Counted from the stretch's first letter, positions 8,179-18,352 are shown. The stretch: 64,000 nucleotides of DNA from Candidatus Latescibacterota bacterium (GCA_965206595.1 OZ242214.1:6976001-7040000), one strand, 5' to 3'. The notes: generated from the letters alone by a model not told the origin. Program-made: numbers and translations.

Positions 8179-8383
8179 AGTTGCATTCGCAGCAGTTCCA
8201 AGAATCGTAGTAGGTGTACCCGTGCCCCAATTGAGAGCACATGTAGGCGCAATCATCTTCGGAGTCAACTCCGCTGAAATGGTGCGAACTGCCTGCGCTC
8301 AAGAAGGCCGCACCGGCCGCGAGCATGACCCCCGCCGCGATGGCGAGAAGGGCCTTTCTGCTCCGATTCAAATGACGTTTCAT
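8177..8383 (-). CDS. 68-aa secreted Cys/His-rich peptide (P1)
   Basis: GGAGG RBS; 30-aa signal, then GSSHHFSGVDSEDDCAYMCSQLGHGYTYYDSWNCCECN. Confidence 0.85.
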   Translation of the reverse strand: MKRHLNRSRKALLAIAAGVMLAAGAAFLSAGSSHHFSGVDSEDDCAYMCSQLGHGYTYYDSWNCCECN

Positions 8384-8624
8384 GGCTTCCTCCTGTGGTT
8401 TCGGGGCCGCGCCTTTCGCTAACCCCGTTCACCCAGAAGAGATGCAAACGGCGTGCCTGTACCTGGCCTGCGCCTCCACGAATGGGAACTGTAGTTCCGT
8501 AAGTCATTATTTTTCAGGTCTTTTACAAAATGTTTTTTATTTTTCGGGGGGCCGTCAGCTCGTTTTTGCCACGAACCGGCTTCCCGTGTCCGCCGTATTA
8601 AATACAAATTTTTGTATTTAATAC

Positions 8625-9952
8625 CACTACTGTCCGGTTGAGCGTTTTGAAGAATTGTGTAAATAACTAATCTACAATGAGTTGGGCGAATAAATGACCG
8701 TTTTCGATTTGAAATCGATCGTAGATTTGGGCCATTCAGCACTGCATTTAACCAGTGAGGGAATGGCCGATGCATACGGGACGAATGGTATTCTCACAGC
8801 TCATGGATTTCCTACCCAGGCACGAGTTCAACCGATGCGTGCGTCGGTATCATGGCAATTACAGGACACGGCACTTCAAGTGTCGCGATCAGTTTCTGTG
8901 CATGGCCTTTGCGCAACTGACCGGTCGGGAAAGCCTACGGGACATCGAGACCTGTTTACGCGCGATGCAGTCCAAGCTGTATCATGCCGGCATTCGATAC
9001 CCGGTTTCCCGGAGCACCCTGGCCGATGCCAACGAGCACCGGGACTGGCGCATCTATGCCGACTTCGCTCAGGTGCTCATTGGCCACGCCCGCAAGCTAT
9101 ACAGCCAAGACGACTTCGGAGTCCAACTCGAAGAGACCGCCTATGTCTTCGATTCCAGCACCATTGACTTGTGTCTTTCGCTGTTTCCGTGGGCCCGATT
9201 CCGTCAGCGCAAAGCCGCCATCAAGCTGCACACGTTGATGGATCTACGCGGCAATATCCCCTGTTTTATTCGCATTACAGAGGGGAAGACGCACGATGTC
9301 GGCCTGCTCGACGAATTGATTCTGGAACCGGGCGCCTTCTACATCATGGATCGCGGGTACATCGACTTTGCGCGGCTGTATACCTTCACTGAGCAGGCCG
9401 CTTTCTTTGTTATTCGAGCCAAACGCAATCTGGCCTATCGCCGGCGTGCCTCGCGTGGCGTCGACAAAACAACCGGCGTGCGTAGCGACCAGCGCATTGT
9501 CCTGTGCGGCCCCCAGACCAAAAAAGAATACCCGGATGCGCTTCGCCGCATAAGTTTTTTCGACGTCGAGTCGAAGAAGCGATTGGTCTTGCTGAGCAAC
9601 CAATTCCTGCTCCCTTCTTTTACCATCGCCCAATTGTATCGATGTCGCTGGCAGGTGGAGTTGTTCTTCAAGTGGATCAAGCAGCACCTGCGCATCAAGT
9701 CATTTTTCGGTACCTCCGAGAACGCGGTAAAGACTCAAATCTGGATCGCCATCAGCATGTACGTGATGGTGGCCATCATGAAGAAGCAGCTGCGGGTCGA
9801 GCGCAGTCTCTCCGAAATTCTGCAAATTCTCACCGTGTCACTTTTCGAGAAAGTTGATATTTTACAGGTACTTACAGAAATCCACCTCCAAAACCAATCG
9901 GCATACTCTTGTAACCAGTTGAATTTATTTGACTTATAACCGGACACTACTG
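8625..9952 (+). mobile_element. IS4-family insertion sequence
   Basis: Terminal IRs CACTACTGTCCGGTT / AACCGGACACTACTG (13/15 match); 9-bp target duplication ATTTAATAC at 8616-8624 and 9953-9961. Confidence 0.92.
8770..9939 (+). CDS. IS4-family transposase (DUF4372 + DDE)
   Basis: FDSSTIDL, MDRGYID and YRCRWQVELFFKWIKQ (YREK-type) motifs. Confidence 0.92.
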   Translation: MHTGRMVFSQLMDFLPRHEFNRCVRRYHGNYRTRHFKCRDQFLCMAFAQLTGRESLRDIETCLRAMQSKLYHAGIRYPVSRSTLADANEHRDWRIYADFAQVLIGHARKLYSQDDFGVQLEETAYVFDSSTIDLCLSLFPWARFRQRKAAIKLHTLMDLRGNIPCFIRITEGKTHDVGLLDELILEPGAFYIMDRGYIDFARLYTFTEQAAFFVIRAKRNLAYRRRASRGVDKTTGVRSDQRIVLCGPQTKKEYPDALRRISFFDVESKKRLVLLSNQFLLPSFTIAQLYRCRWQVELFFKWIKQHLRIKSFFGTSENAVKTQIWIAISMYVMVAIMKKQLRVERSLSEILQILTVSLFEKVDILQVLTEIHLQNQSAYSCNQLNLFDL

Positions 9953-9954
9953 AT

Positions 9955-11361
9955 TTAATACGAATCCTCCATGCGCAGCCGATGGGCCGCGGTCCCGCCC
10001 GGCTCCGCCTCTTCCCGCCTCAGCCGCCGGGAGATCCAGATCACCGACAGCAGCGACGAGGCGACCGCGGAAGCGACGAACGTCCACCAGACCGCGGTCA
10101 GTCCGAAGTCCCAGTAGCGGGTCAGGGCGTACGAGACCGGCACCGCGATCAGCACCACGCGAAGGGCGGTGATGACCATCGCCGGGACGCCGCTGCCGAG
10201 GCCCTGGAAGACCCTGCTGCTGATCAGCCCGGCCGCTATGAACGGGAAGGCGAGCACGAACACCCGCAGGTAGGAGGTCGCCACCCCGGCGATGCGCTCG
10301 TCGTCGGTGAAGGCTCCGGCCAGCTGCGGCGCGAACAGGTAGAAGCCGAGGCCGAAAACGACGGCGAGCACCTCCGCCCTGAGGATGGTGTAAACCAGGG
10401 TCTTCCTGACGAGGTCGATGCGCCCGGCCCCGGAGAACATCCCCGCCAGGGTCACCTGGCTGGTGGCGAGGGCGAACACCGGCATGAAGAAGATCGAGTC
10501 CATGCGCCCGGCGACGCCGAGGCCGGCCACCGCCTCGGAGCCGAACACCGACACAATGCGGTTGTAGAAGATGCCGCCGCCCGAGATCAGCAGCATCGAC
10601 GCCGAGGAGGGGAGCCCCACCTTGAGGATGAGGCCCGCGGTTGTCCGCGTCAGCCCCCATGGTCCGGAGCCCAGATTCAGGAAGGTGCCCCGGCGCACGA
10701 AGATGTAGAAAAGGAACACGAGCATCACCGCGAACTGACTGATGATCGTCGCCCAGGCGGCCCCGGCGATTCCCAGGCCGGCCGTGAAAATCAGCAGCGG
10801 ATCGAGGGCGACGTTGAGGAGGGTGCCCCCGGCCTGGAAGAGGACGGGGGTTCTGGTGTTGCCTTCCCCGGTCATGATCGAGCGGAAGCAGGTGTTGACC
10901 ACGACGAAGGCGAACCCCGGGGCGGCGACCTCGAAGTAGCGGACGGCGAGGGCGGCGACCTCGCCGGTGGCCCCCAGGGCCGTCATGATTCCCCCCTTGA
11001 AGAGGACGGCGACGGCGATGACGGCGGCGGCGAACAGGAGCCCCATTACGATGGTCTGGCGGGCGGCGTCCTCGGCCGCCTTCCTGTCGCCGGCCCCCAG
11101 CGAGCGCGCGATGGCGCTCGTCGCCCCGGCGCCGAGCCCGAAGACCATGCCGATGGCGAGAAAGACCACCGGCATGTTGAAGGTCAGGGCGGCCAGGGCG
11201 TCCCCCCCGAGCATGCCGACGAAGAACATGTCGGTCAGGTTGTAGAAGGTGTAGACCGCCATGCCCATCATCACCGGCAGCGACAGGGTCCAGACGGCGC
11301 GGCGCGGATTGGCGATGAACTCCCCTACCCGGCCGTGGCTCTTTTGCGGCGCTTCACTCAT
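9955..11361 (-). CDS. MATE family efflux transporter
   Basis: About 12 TM segments; TDMFFVGMLG, GEGNTRTP and LNVALDPLLIF motifs. Confidence 0.92.
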   Translation of the reverse strand: MSEAPQKSHGRVGEFIANPRRAVWTLSLPVMMGMAVYTFYNLTDMFFVGMLGGDALAALTFNMPVVFLAIGMVFGLGAGATSAIARSLGAGDRKAAEDAARQTIVMGLLFAAAVIAVAVLFKGGIMTALGATGEVAALAVRYFEVAAPGFAFVVVNTCFRSIMTGEGNTRTPVLFQAGGTLLNVALDPLLIFTAGLGIAGAAWATIISQFAVMLVFLFYIFVRRGTFLNLGSGPWGLTRTTAGLILKVGLPSSASMLLISGGGIFYNRIVSVFGSEAVAGLGVAGRMDSIFFMPVFALATSQVTLAGMFSGAGRIDLVRKTLVYTILRAEVLAVVFGLGFYLFAPQLAGAFTDDERIAGVATSYLRVFVLAFPFIAAGLISSRVFQGLGSGVPAMVITALRVVLIAVPVSYALTRYWDFGLTAVWWTFVASAVASSLLSVIWISRRLRREEAEPGGTAAHRLRMEDSY

Positions 11362-12419
11362 CGATTCGAAGTTACGCTATTGCCCCGAAGGGGGATCAAA
11401 TCGGGATTCCGGCCATGTGCGGCGATCGGTCGGCGGCTGCCGAGTTATTGGCTTCCTGGCCCTGTGCAGGATCTGCCGCCCAACCGGGGTGCGGTGAATC
11501 ACCGCATGGTCGCCCCCGAGAGCCTCGACGAAAACCGCCGGCGCGGCCTCCGTCGGGAGCCTGGAGGCCAAAACCATCCCAGGGGCGGGGCTACGTGACA
11601 TCCGCGATCAGCCTGGGTTAGTTTCCCGGCGTCCCGCGGACCAAACCGCCGCGGACATTCCGTGCTCCATCCGGGAAGCCGCCGCGGGCCCGCGAAAACA
11701 GGTAAACCGAGGCCGGCGCTCGCGGTCTCGCCCGCACTACTGTGGCCGCCGCCGTAGAAAGAACCGGCCGGAAGGAGAAGCAAGTGAACTACGACGCGAC
11801 GACGCGAACCTTCGATTGCGAACCGACTCTCACCGACTTCGAGGTGCTCGACTTCTGCATCAACGGGTACCTCATGCTGGAGGGAGTGGTGCCCGACGAC
11901 GTCAACCGGCGCGCCTGCAACTACCTCGACGGCAGGATCCCGGCGAACCCTTCCTGGATCCCCGACGGCCTCGACGAGGAGCAGCTCGAGCGTATCCGCA
12001 ACTCGCACGAGCCGAGCTCGATCTTTCTCGAGGACTGGTACCTCGAGCACGTGCTCCTCAACCCGGTGCTCTGCGGGGCCATGCGCTCCCTCCTGGGAAG
12101 GAACGTCGGCCTTCCGGTGCTGGCCAGCCTGCACAAGACCGAGGGGCCGAGGGAAGCCCAGGGATGGCACCAGGACGCCGACCGCATCTTCGGCCCGGAG
12201 CTCGAGTTCGTCGAGGTCTTCTACTTTCCGCAGGACACCCCGGCCGAGCTGGGGCCGACCGAGTTCGTCCCCGGCACCCACTTCAGGATGCAGGACCACC
12301 AGGGGGACCACGAGGGGGTGCTCGCCTCCGGGCCGGCCGGCACCATCGGCATCCACCACCAGAGCATCCTGCACCGCCGCGGCGAGTCGACGCCCGGGGT
12401 CCGGCGCATGCTCAAGTAC

Positions 12420-14279
12420 CCCTTGTTATTCATGGAATTTTAGTGGAGAGGGCTGTACTGGGTGCCTCCCATGCTTAGATTTCAGAGGGAAACACAAGGC
12501 AGTATCGCCCTTTGAACCCATCACACAGTAGGACACCCAATGGGTGAATTACCGTCACACACCGAGTCCGAGCAAGCCGGGCCGATTCAGCCGTCTTTCA
12601 ACCGCTCCATCCACATCGAAGCCCGCCCCACCCACCTTGGCAGCGACACCGGTGCGCTGATGTTGCGTCAACTGCTCGAACACAGCCGGGTTCTGGATTG
12701 GCTCGACGCCCACTTCGAGGATCTCCGTACCCAAGACCAGATCACGCACCCGCTGCCGGAGCTGCTGCGCACACAGATCGTGCTGCTGGCACAGGGCTGG
12801 ACCCACGCCGCCGACGCCGACGCGTTGCGCCAAGATCCGATCCTGCGTCTGGCGGTCAGCGATCGCAAAGGGCAGGCGCCGTTGCGCAGCGGCGACGAAG
12901 ACCGGCCGCAGGGACTGGCCAGTCAGCCGACGCTGTCGCGCCTGCTCGAGCAAGCCTCGACTGCCTATAACCGCGAGGTGTTGGAGGAAGCCGTCCTGCG
13001 CAGCGCCCGGTCTCGTTGCCGGCTGCTGGAAGGACGGATGAAATACGAGGAGTTGGCCGTCGACATGGATGCCCTGCCGATGCCGGCGCACGGGCACCAG
13101 GCGGGGGTCGAATACAACGGCTACTTCCACGCCTCGGGGTACCATCCCCTGCTCCTCGGCTCGGCGCAGACGGGCGATTTCTTCGGTGCCGTGCTGCGGC
13201 CGGGCAACGTGCACGCCCATGAGGGTGCCTCAGAGGCTCTCGGCAAGCGCTTGGACTGGATTCAGTCGCATCTGGCCCGGCGCCTCATCCTGCGCTTCGA
13301 CGCGGCCTCGGTGAGCGGGTCTTTCCTGAGTGAGCTGGAAGCGCGGGCCGACACCTCGTACGTGGCGCGCATCAAGAAGAATGCGCGCCTGGAGGAGCTG
13401 GCTCGTGCCTGGGTGGAAGGCTATCAGCAGGAGCTGGCGCAGCACCCGGAAGAGCTGCGGGAAGAGGGTTTTCGCTGTCGCGAGCTGCGTTATCAAGCCA
13501 GGTCCTGGGCGCAGCCCCGGCGGGTGGTGTTGGTCCTGGTCCCTTCCGAGACGGAAGAGCTGCCCATCGCCCGCCACTTCTTCCTGATCACCGACCAGAG
13601 TCCCCAGACGATGAGCGGCCGCGACCTGGTCGCCTTTTATCGTCAGCGCGGCCTTTTCGAGCGCATGCTCGGCGAGTTGAGCTCCACCCTCCAGCCTCAG
13701 CTCTCCTCTACCACCCGTCGCAAGCAACACTACCGGGGTCGAGAGCCGCGTCAGCGCACCCCGTCCCGGGATGCCTTCGCTGCCAACCAGGCGCTTCTGA
13801 CCTTGAACCTGCTGGCCTACAACCTGCTTCACCTGGGCCGCCAGGCCGCCGAACGCGCCGAGGCCCGACGCGGGCGGCCCCGCACATACGGACGCTCGAC
13901 GACGGCCCTGAGCCTGGACAGTTTTCGACGGCGCTACCTGCGCCTGCCGTCCCGCGTCACCTTGCATGGGCGCAGGGTGGGCGTCATCCTGACCCAAGGG
14001 ACGGCGGCTGCCTGGGATCGTCTGTGGAGATTTCTGGCCACGCTCAAACCGGTGGACGCGGCGATGGCGTAAGCGCAGGCCGGGTCGGTCGGGATGATGG
14101 GCTCGCAAAGGCAAGCGTCTTCGAGAAGGCGCGTACAATTTCAACAAGGTCGGTAGAGATAAGGAGACGGCTCTACCCAAAAAGCCGACTATAGAAGGGA
14201 CGCAAGCCTCTGAGGCTAAGCAAAGGGGTCTCGGAAGCGCCTATGTCCGCTTATGCGCGGGTTGAATGAATAACAAAGG
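12420..14279 (+). mobile_element. IS1380-family insertion sequence
   Basis: IRs CCCTTGTTATTCAT / ATGAATAACAAAGG; 5-bp target duplication AGTAC (12415-12419, 14280-14284). Confidence 0.92.
12540..14072 (+). CDS. IS1380-family transposase
   Basis: SDTGALML, LASQPTLSR, VDMD...HGHQ.G..YNGYF, LRPGN and FYRQRG..E motifs. Confidence 0.9.
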   Translation: MGELPSHTESEQAGPIQPSFNRSIHIEARPTHLGSDTGALMLRQLLEHSRVLDWLDAHFEDLRTQDQITHPLPELLRTQIVLLAQGWTHAADADALRQDPILRLAVSDRKGQAPLRSGDEDRPQGLASQPTLSRLLEQASTAYNREVLEEAVLRSARSRCRLLEGRMKYEELAVDMDALPMPAHGHQAGVEYNGYFHASGYHPLLLGSAQTGDFFGAVLRPGNVHAHEGASEALGKRLDWIQSHLARRLILRFDAASVSGSFLSELEARADTSYVARIKKNARLEELARAWVEGYQQELAQHPEELREEGFRCRELRYQARSWAQPRRVVLVLVPSETEELPIARHFFLITDQSPQTMSGRDLVAFYRQRGLFERMLGELSSTLQPQLSSTTRRKQHYRGREPRQRTPSRDAFAANQALLTLNLLAYNLLHLGRQAAERAEARRGRPRTYGRSTTALSLDSFRRRYLRLPSRVTLHGRRVGVILTQGTAAAWDRLWRFLATLKPVDAAMA

Positions 14280-14587
14280 AGTACAACTACTGGCGCACCA
14301 CGCCCCCGCAGAGGGACTGGGTGGCGGCGCCGGAGTTCGACTTCCGCAGCGCCTGGTACGGGGGCCACAACGCCGCCCGCTACGCCGCCCACATGTTCTA
14401 CTGGCTGTGCGGGAAGGGGGAAGAGTACCGCATCATCGGCGGCCAGGGCTGGCCGTGGCGCACCGAGAACCAGATCGGCCCCTCCTGGGGGTACGGCCGG
14501 ACCGAGGGGTACCTGCCGGACTGGCGCGACGGCAACCGCGACGGGTACTCGCGTTAGCCGCCCCTTGGCCGGGGCGCCGGCTCCCGG

Positions 14588-15340
14588 TCAGCCAGCCGGC
14601 TCGACGTTGCGCTTCAGCAGTTGCTGCTCCAGCTCCGGCAAGCTCTCCCAGAACTCCCGGCGCACCGGGTTGTGGTGCCTCAGGCTGATCAGGCGGTACC
14701 AGGAGCGCTCGAAGCCGAGCACCGCAACCGGCCGCGGTGTCGCGGTGCGGTTCGGGGTGCCGCGGTGAAGGCAGCGGGGGTCGCGGATCAGCACGTCCCC
14801 GACCTTCATCGGCAGCTCCCGCCGTGCGAACTCGCCGCGGCCGATACCCTCCAGGGCCTGCGGCCGCGGCATGCGGTGGCTGCCGTCGGCGACCTCGAAA
14901 GGGCCGTTCTCGCGGTCGACGTCGACGAAGGAAAAGTTGACGGCGATGAGGGCCGGCGGCGTCACCAGGTCCGGCTCCTCCGGAAACAGGGAGGGCACGT
15001 CGCCGTGCCAGTCCTGAAAGACGCTGCCTTTCGCCGGGGTATCCGTGGCGTACTGAACCAGCTCGACGTCCTCGCCGAGGAGCTGCCGAACGACCCCGAT
15101 GATGTCCGGGTCCCCGTGGATCCGCGACTGGTAGAAGGGGGGCTCGAACGGCAGCTGTATGTAGTGGCGCATCGGGCCGCGGTTGGGATTGGCGCGGATC
15201 TCTTCGAGGTGGTCCTCCCAGACCGGGGCGAACGCCGCGGCGACCTCGGCCACCGCGTCTGCCGGGATCTGGTCCCGCAGGATGGTGTAGCCGGTGCGGC
15301 GCACCTCCGCGGCGCGCTCGGCCAGCTGTTCTTCGGTCAT
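14588..15340 (-). CDS. PhyH-family Fe(II)/2OG dioxygenase
   Basis: QDWHGD, ENGPFEV..GSH and LHRGTPN motifs; ATG at 15340. The longer upstream part of the ORF track is an off-frame overlap of the enolase-family gene. Confidence 0.85.
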   Translation of the reverse strand: MTEEQLAERAAEVRRTGYTILRDQIPADAVAEVAAAFAPVWEDHLEEIRANPNRGPMRHYIQLPFEPPFYQSRIHGDPDIIGVVRQLLGEDVELVQYATDTPAKGSVFQDWHGDVPSLFPEEPDLVTPPALIAVNFSFVDVDRENGPFEVADGSHRMPRPQALEGIGRGEFARRELPMKVGDVLIRDPRCLHRGTPNRTATPRPVAVLGFERSWYRLISLRHHNPVRREFWESLPELEQQLLKRNVEPAG

Positions 15341-15429
15341 CTCCGATATTCCCGGAAGTGGCCGGACCCGCGGTCCCCTTGGTCCCTGTCGCGATCCCCT
15401 GGTCCCCGGAGCTCCCGCCAGCAGCCCGG

Positions 15430-16590
15430 CTACCGCTCGGCGACCACCAGCGACTGGTACTTCTCCTCGTCCCATTCCGCCCCCCAGCCCGGCAGGTCCG
15501 TGGGAGCGAGGCAGCCGTCCTCGACCAGCGGCGCGTTCATCATCCCCCAGGTCTCGCCCTGTTTTCTCAGGGCGTCCGCGTCGAGGCTCATGTACTCGTA
15601 GTAGGTGGTGTTGTCGATGCAGCAGCCCAGGGTCGCGTGGATGTGGCCGTAGACCCCGCCGGTGGCGTTCATCTCGACGGTGGTGTCGTACATCTCGGCG
15701 AAGTGGGCCATCTTGAGCACGAGGGTGGTGCCGTGGCGGGCGTTGGCGCGCAGCAGGTCGGTTCCCCCCTGGATCAGCCACTGCGTCGAGATCCCTATGT
15801 CGTGCATCAGCATCTCCGTCCCCATCACCGGAACCGTCAGCTCGCGGCACAGCTCCTGGTACTGGTTGAGCTTCTGCTCGTGGAACGGCTCTTCCAGCCA
15901 GATGAAGTCCAGCTCCTCCATGACGTGGCCGACCTCGATCGCCTCGCGCAGGTCGTAGGAGCAGACCGGGTCGTTGAGCAGCTGGTAGTCCGGTCCGACG
16001 GCGTCGCGCACCTCGCGGAAGATCGGTATGTCGTACTTGCCCCCCTTGTAGGTGTGAAACTTGTAGGCGTCGATGCCGATCTTCCTGCCCGCCTCGATCT
16101 GGTGGAAGTATCCCTGCAGGTCCATGTCCCCGCCGGTGAGATAGCAGGGAATGCGCTCCCGCACCCTGCCGATGAGGGCGTGCACCGGCAACCCCGCGGC
16201 CCTGCCGGCGATGTCCCACAGGCAGTTGTCGAAGTCGCCGAACCAGCCCGGTTTCTGGTACACCCAGCGCGTCCCCTTGTGGAACATCTGGTAAAGGCGC
16301 TCGCGGTGCAGGGGGTCCTCCCCGAGGGCCATCGAGTTGACGATGCCGAGGTGGTAGCCGTCCATGGTCGACACCGGCACGCGGCCGGTGATCCCCTCGT
16401 CGGTGCGCACCTCGAGGAAGGTCTCGCGCGGCTTCGACGGCGGCGTCTCGACCGGAATCCGCTCCGGGTCGTGGCCGGCGCGGTACTGGATGCGCCGCAG
16501 TCCGGGGACCTGCACGAGCTGCGGCATGCGGCCGGGGCCGCCCCCTTCGGGCAGCTCCAGGGTGACCATCTTGATCTCGGTGATTTTCAT
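15430..16590 (-). CDS. Mandelate racemase/muconate lactonising enzyme family (enolase superfamily)
   Basis: DNCLWDIAG, YKFH, LLND, WLEEP and GTE motifs. Confidence 0.88.
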   Translation of the reverse strand: MKITEIKMVTLELPEGGGPGRMPQLVQVPGLRRIQYRAGHDPERIPVETPPSKPRETFLEVRTDEGITGRVPVSTMDGYHLGIVNSMALGEDPLHRERLYQMFHKGTRWVYQKPGWFGDFDNCLWDIAGRAAGLPVHALIGRVRERIPCYLTGGDMDLQGYFHQIEAGRKIGIDAYKFHTYKGGKYDIPIFREVRDAVGPDYQLLNDPVCSYDLREAIEVGHVMEELDFIWLEEPFHEQKLNQYQELCRELTVPVMGTEMLMHDIGISTQWLIQGGTDLLRANARHGTTLVLKMAHFAEMYDTTVEMNATGGVYGHIHATLGCCIDNTTYYEYMSLDADALRKQGETWGMMNAPLVEDGCLAPTDLPGWGAEWDEEKYQSLVVAER

Positions 16591-16694
16591 TGTCTCGTCC
16601 TGTGGAAGAAGGGTCGGTTGGGTATATTGAGCATCGCTTCTATCCGCTCGTCAATTTTCCACAGCCAGTTCCATGCGATCGACCGGAGAAACCG

Positions 16695-17091
16695 ATGCCC
16701 TCAGTGCGCCACATCGCCCTGCGCTGCCGCGACTGCCGAGGTCACGCGGCGCTTCTACGCCGAAGTGCCGGGCATGCGCTTCGTCGACTACCGGGGCAGC
16801 GGCCCGGCCCTCGACATGAGCGATGGCTACTTCAACCTGACCCTGCTGCCCCACGACGGGGAGCGGCCCCCCGTGGTCGAGGGGGAGGAGTACATCCACT
16901 TCGGCCTGGTCGTCGACGACCTGCAGGAAACCTGGCGGCGGGTGCGCGCCTGGGGGGCGGATGCACCGAAGACGGTGAAGGGCCGCGTGGCGATCAGCAC
17001 CGACGAGCCGCCCTCGGTCGCCTTCAAGGCCTGTGATCCCGACGGCAACGTGCTCGACCTAACCAGCGACGAAGGGGAGTGGAAGATTTAG
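16695..17091 (+). pseudogene. VOC/glyoxalase family protein with a frameshift near 16737 (real or sequencing error)
   Basis: MPSVRHIALRC in one frame; TRRFY..., HFGLVVDD and DPDGNVLDL in another. Confidence 0.7.
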
Positions 17092-17299
17092 CCGACCGCT
17101 TCCGGGCAAGGTTCCCCGGTTGAATCCGCGCTGCGGCTGTAGAGGGGGCGCCCCTGCGAACGGAAAGGGGTGGTTCCCGGCGGCCGGCCGGTCCTGAGAG
17201 CCTGCGCAGGCAGCTCCGCGTGAATTCGGTCGCCGCTGAATCGGCTCCCCGGAGGACGCCCCTCCGACCCGGCAGGACTGATCCACCGGGCTGACAGGG

Positions 17300-18352
17300 C
17301 TACTCCCCGACCTCCACCCCCAGCTTCTTCGCGGTCGCGACCACGCTCTCCCAGACGTCGTCGGCAACCGGTATCCCGATCCGCTCCCGCTCCGCCTGCG
17401 CCCGCGCCTCCGGGTCGCCGGGAGCCAGCACTTCGCTGTGTCCCGGGGCCGGCGCCACCTTGCGCAGGCGTTCCGCCATCTCCGCGGCGCCCGCCTGAAA
17501 CTCCTCCAGCGGCCGGAACAGGTCCGCCCTGATCGCCAGGATGGTGGTGCCGTGATGGCGCAAGATGTCGGTGCTGCGGTGGTCCTCGGCGTACGTGTCG
17601 CTGCCGGTCAGGATGCGGCCGAGGTACTCGACCGCGACGTTCAGCGCGTACCCCTTGTGCCCGGCGAACGGCAGCTGGGCGCCCCCTTCCTCGAAAGCCC
17701 GGGGATCGGTGGTCGGCCGGCCCTCCCGGTCGACCATGCACCCGGGCGGCAGCTGCTCCCCGCGGCGGCTCGCGTTCAAAACCTTCACCCCCGATATCGC
17801 CGTCGTCGCGAAGTCGAACATCACCGGATCCGCGTCTTCCCCCGCGGGGAAGCCCATGGCGACCGGGTTGGTGCTCAGCACCCGCTCGCGCCCGCCGAAG
17901 GGGGCGGCCACCGGCACGATCTCGGAAAACCCTCCGGCGACGACGATGCCGACGCATCCCTTCGCCGCGGCCATCTCGACGAAGTGGCCGACGCGCCCGA
18001 TGTGATTGCAGCGCACCGTGCCGACGGCCGCCATTCCCTGGCCGAGGGCCTTCTCCACGGCGATTTCCGTGGCGACCATGGCGGTGGTCTGCCCGAAGGT
18101 CCAGTTGCCGTCGACGAGCGCGGAGACCGCGGTCTCGCGGATGACCTCCGGCCAGTTCGCCGGCAGCAGCTGCTCCGCGAGGATCTGATCGACGTAGAGC
18201 GGCAGGTGCCAGATGCCGTGGGTGTCGACGCCGCGCAGGTTGGACCGCACCTGGTGGTCGGCGAGACAGGAGGCGTTGCGCCCGTCCGCCCCGGCGGCGA
18301 TGCAGATATCGAAAACCAGCTTGTGCAGCTTGTCAGCGGCTATGACGTGCAT
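17300..18352 (-). CDS. Ldh-family (malate/L-lactate/ureidoglycolate dehydrogenase type 2) oxidoreductase
   Basis: LRGVDTHG, NHIGRVG, STNP, FDFATT and GHKGY motifs. Confidence 0.9.
   Translation of the reverse strand: MHVIAADKLHKLVFDICIAAGADGRNASCLADHQVRSNLRGVDTHGIWHLPLYVDQILAEQLLPANWPEVIRETAVSALVDGNWTFGQTTAMVATEIAVEKALGQGMAAVGTVRCNHIGRVGHFVEMAAAKGCVGIVVAGGFSEIVPVAAPFGGRERVLSTNPVAMGFPAGEDADPVMFDFATTAISGVKVLNASRRGEQLPPGCMVDREGRPTTDPRAFEEGGAQLPFAGHKGYALNVAVEYLGRILTGSDTYAEDHRSTDILRHHGTTILAIRADLFRPLEEFQAGAAEMAERLRKVAPAPGHSEVLAPGDPEARAQAERERIGIPVADDVWESVVATAKKLGVEVGE

Larger units (their letters stand above)
11784..14557 (+). pseudogene. PhyH (phytanoyl-CoA dioxygenase)-family gene split by IS1380
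   Basis: GWHQD and ILHRRG motifs. Removing 12420-14284 restores MLKY|NYWRTTPPQRDWVAAPEF... in frame to the stop at 14557. Confidence 0.85.

Noticed and set aside
1896-8383. Peptides as RiPP precursors (ranthipeptide, lanthipeptide or MNIO substrates)
   Set aside because: The leaders look like Sec signal peptides, and no radical SAM, LanM/LanBC, DUF692, YcaO or peptidase-ABC genes lie nearby. Enzymes encoded elsewhere cannot be excluded.
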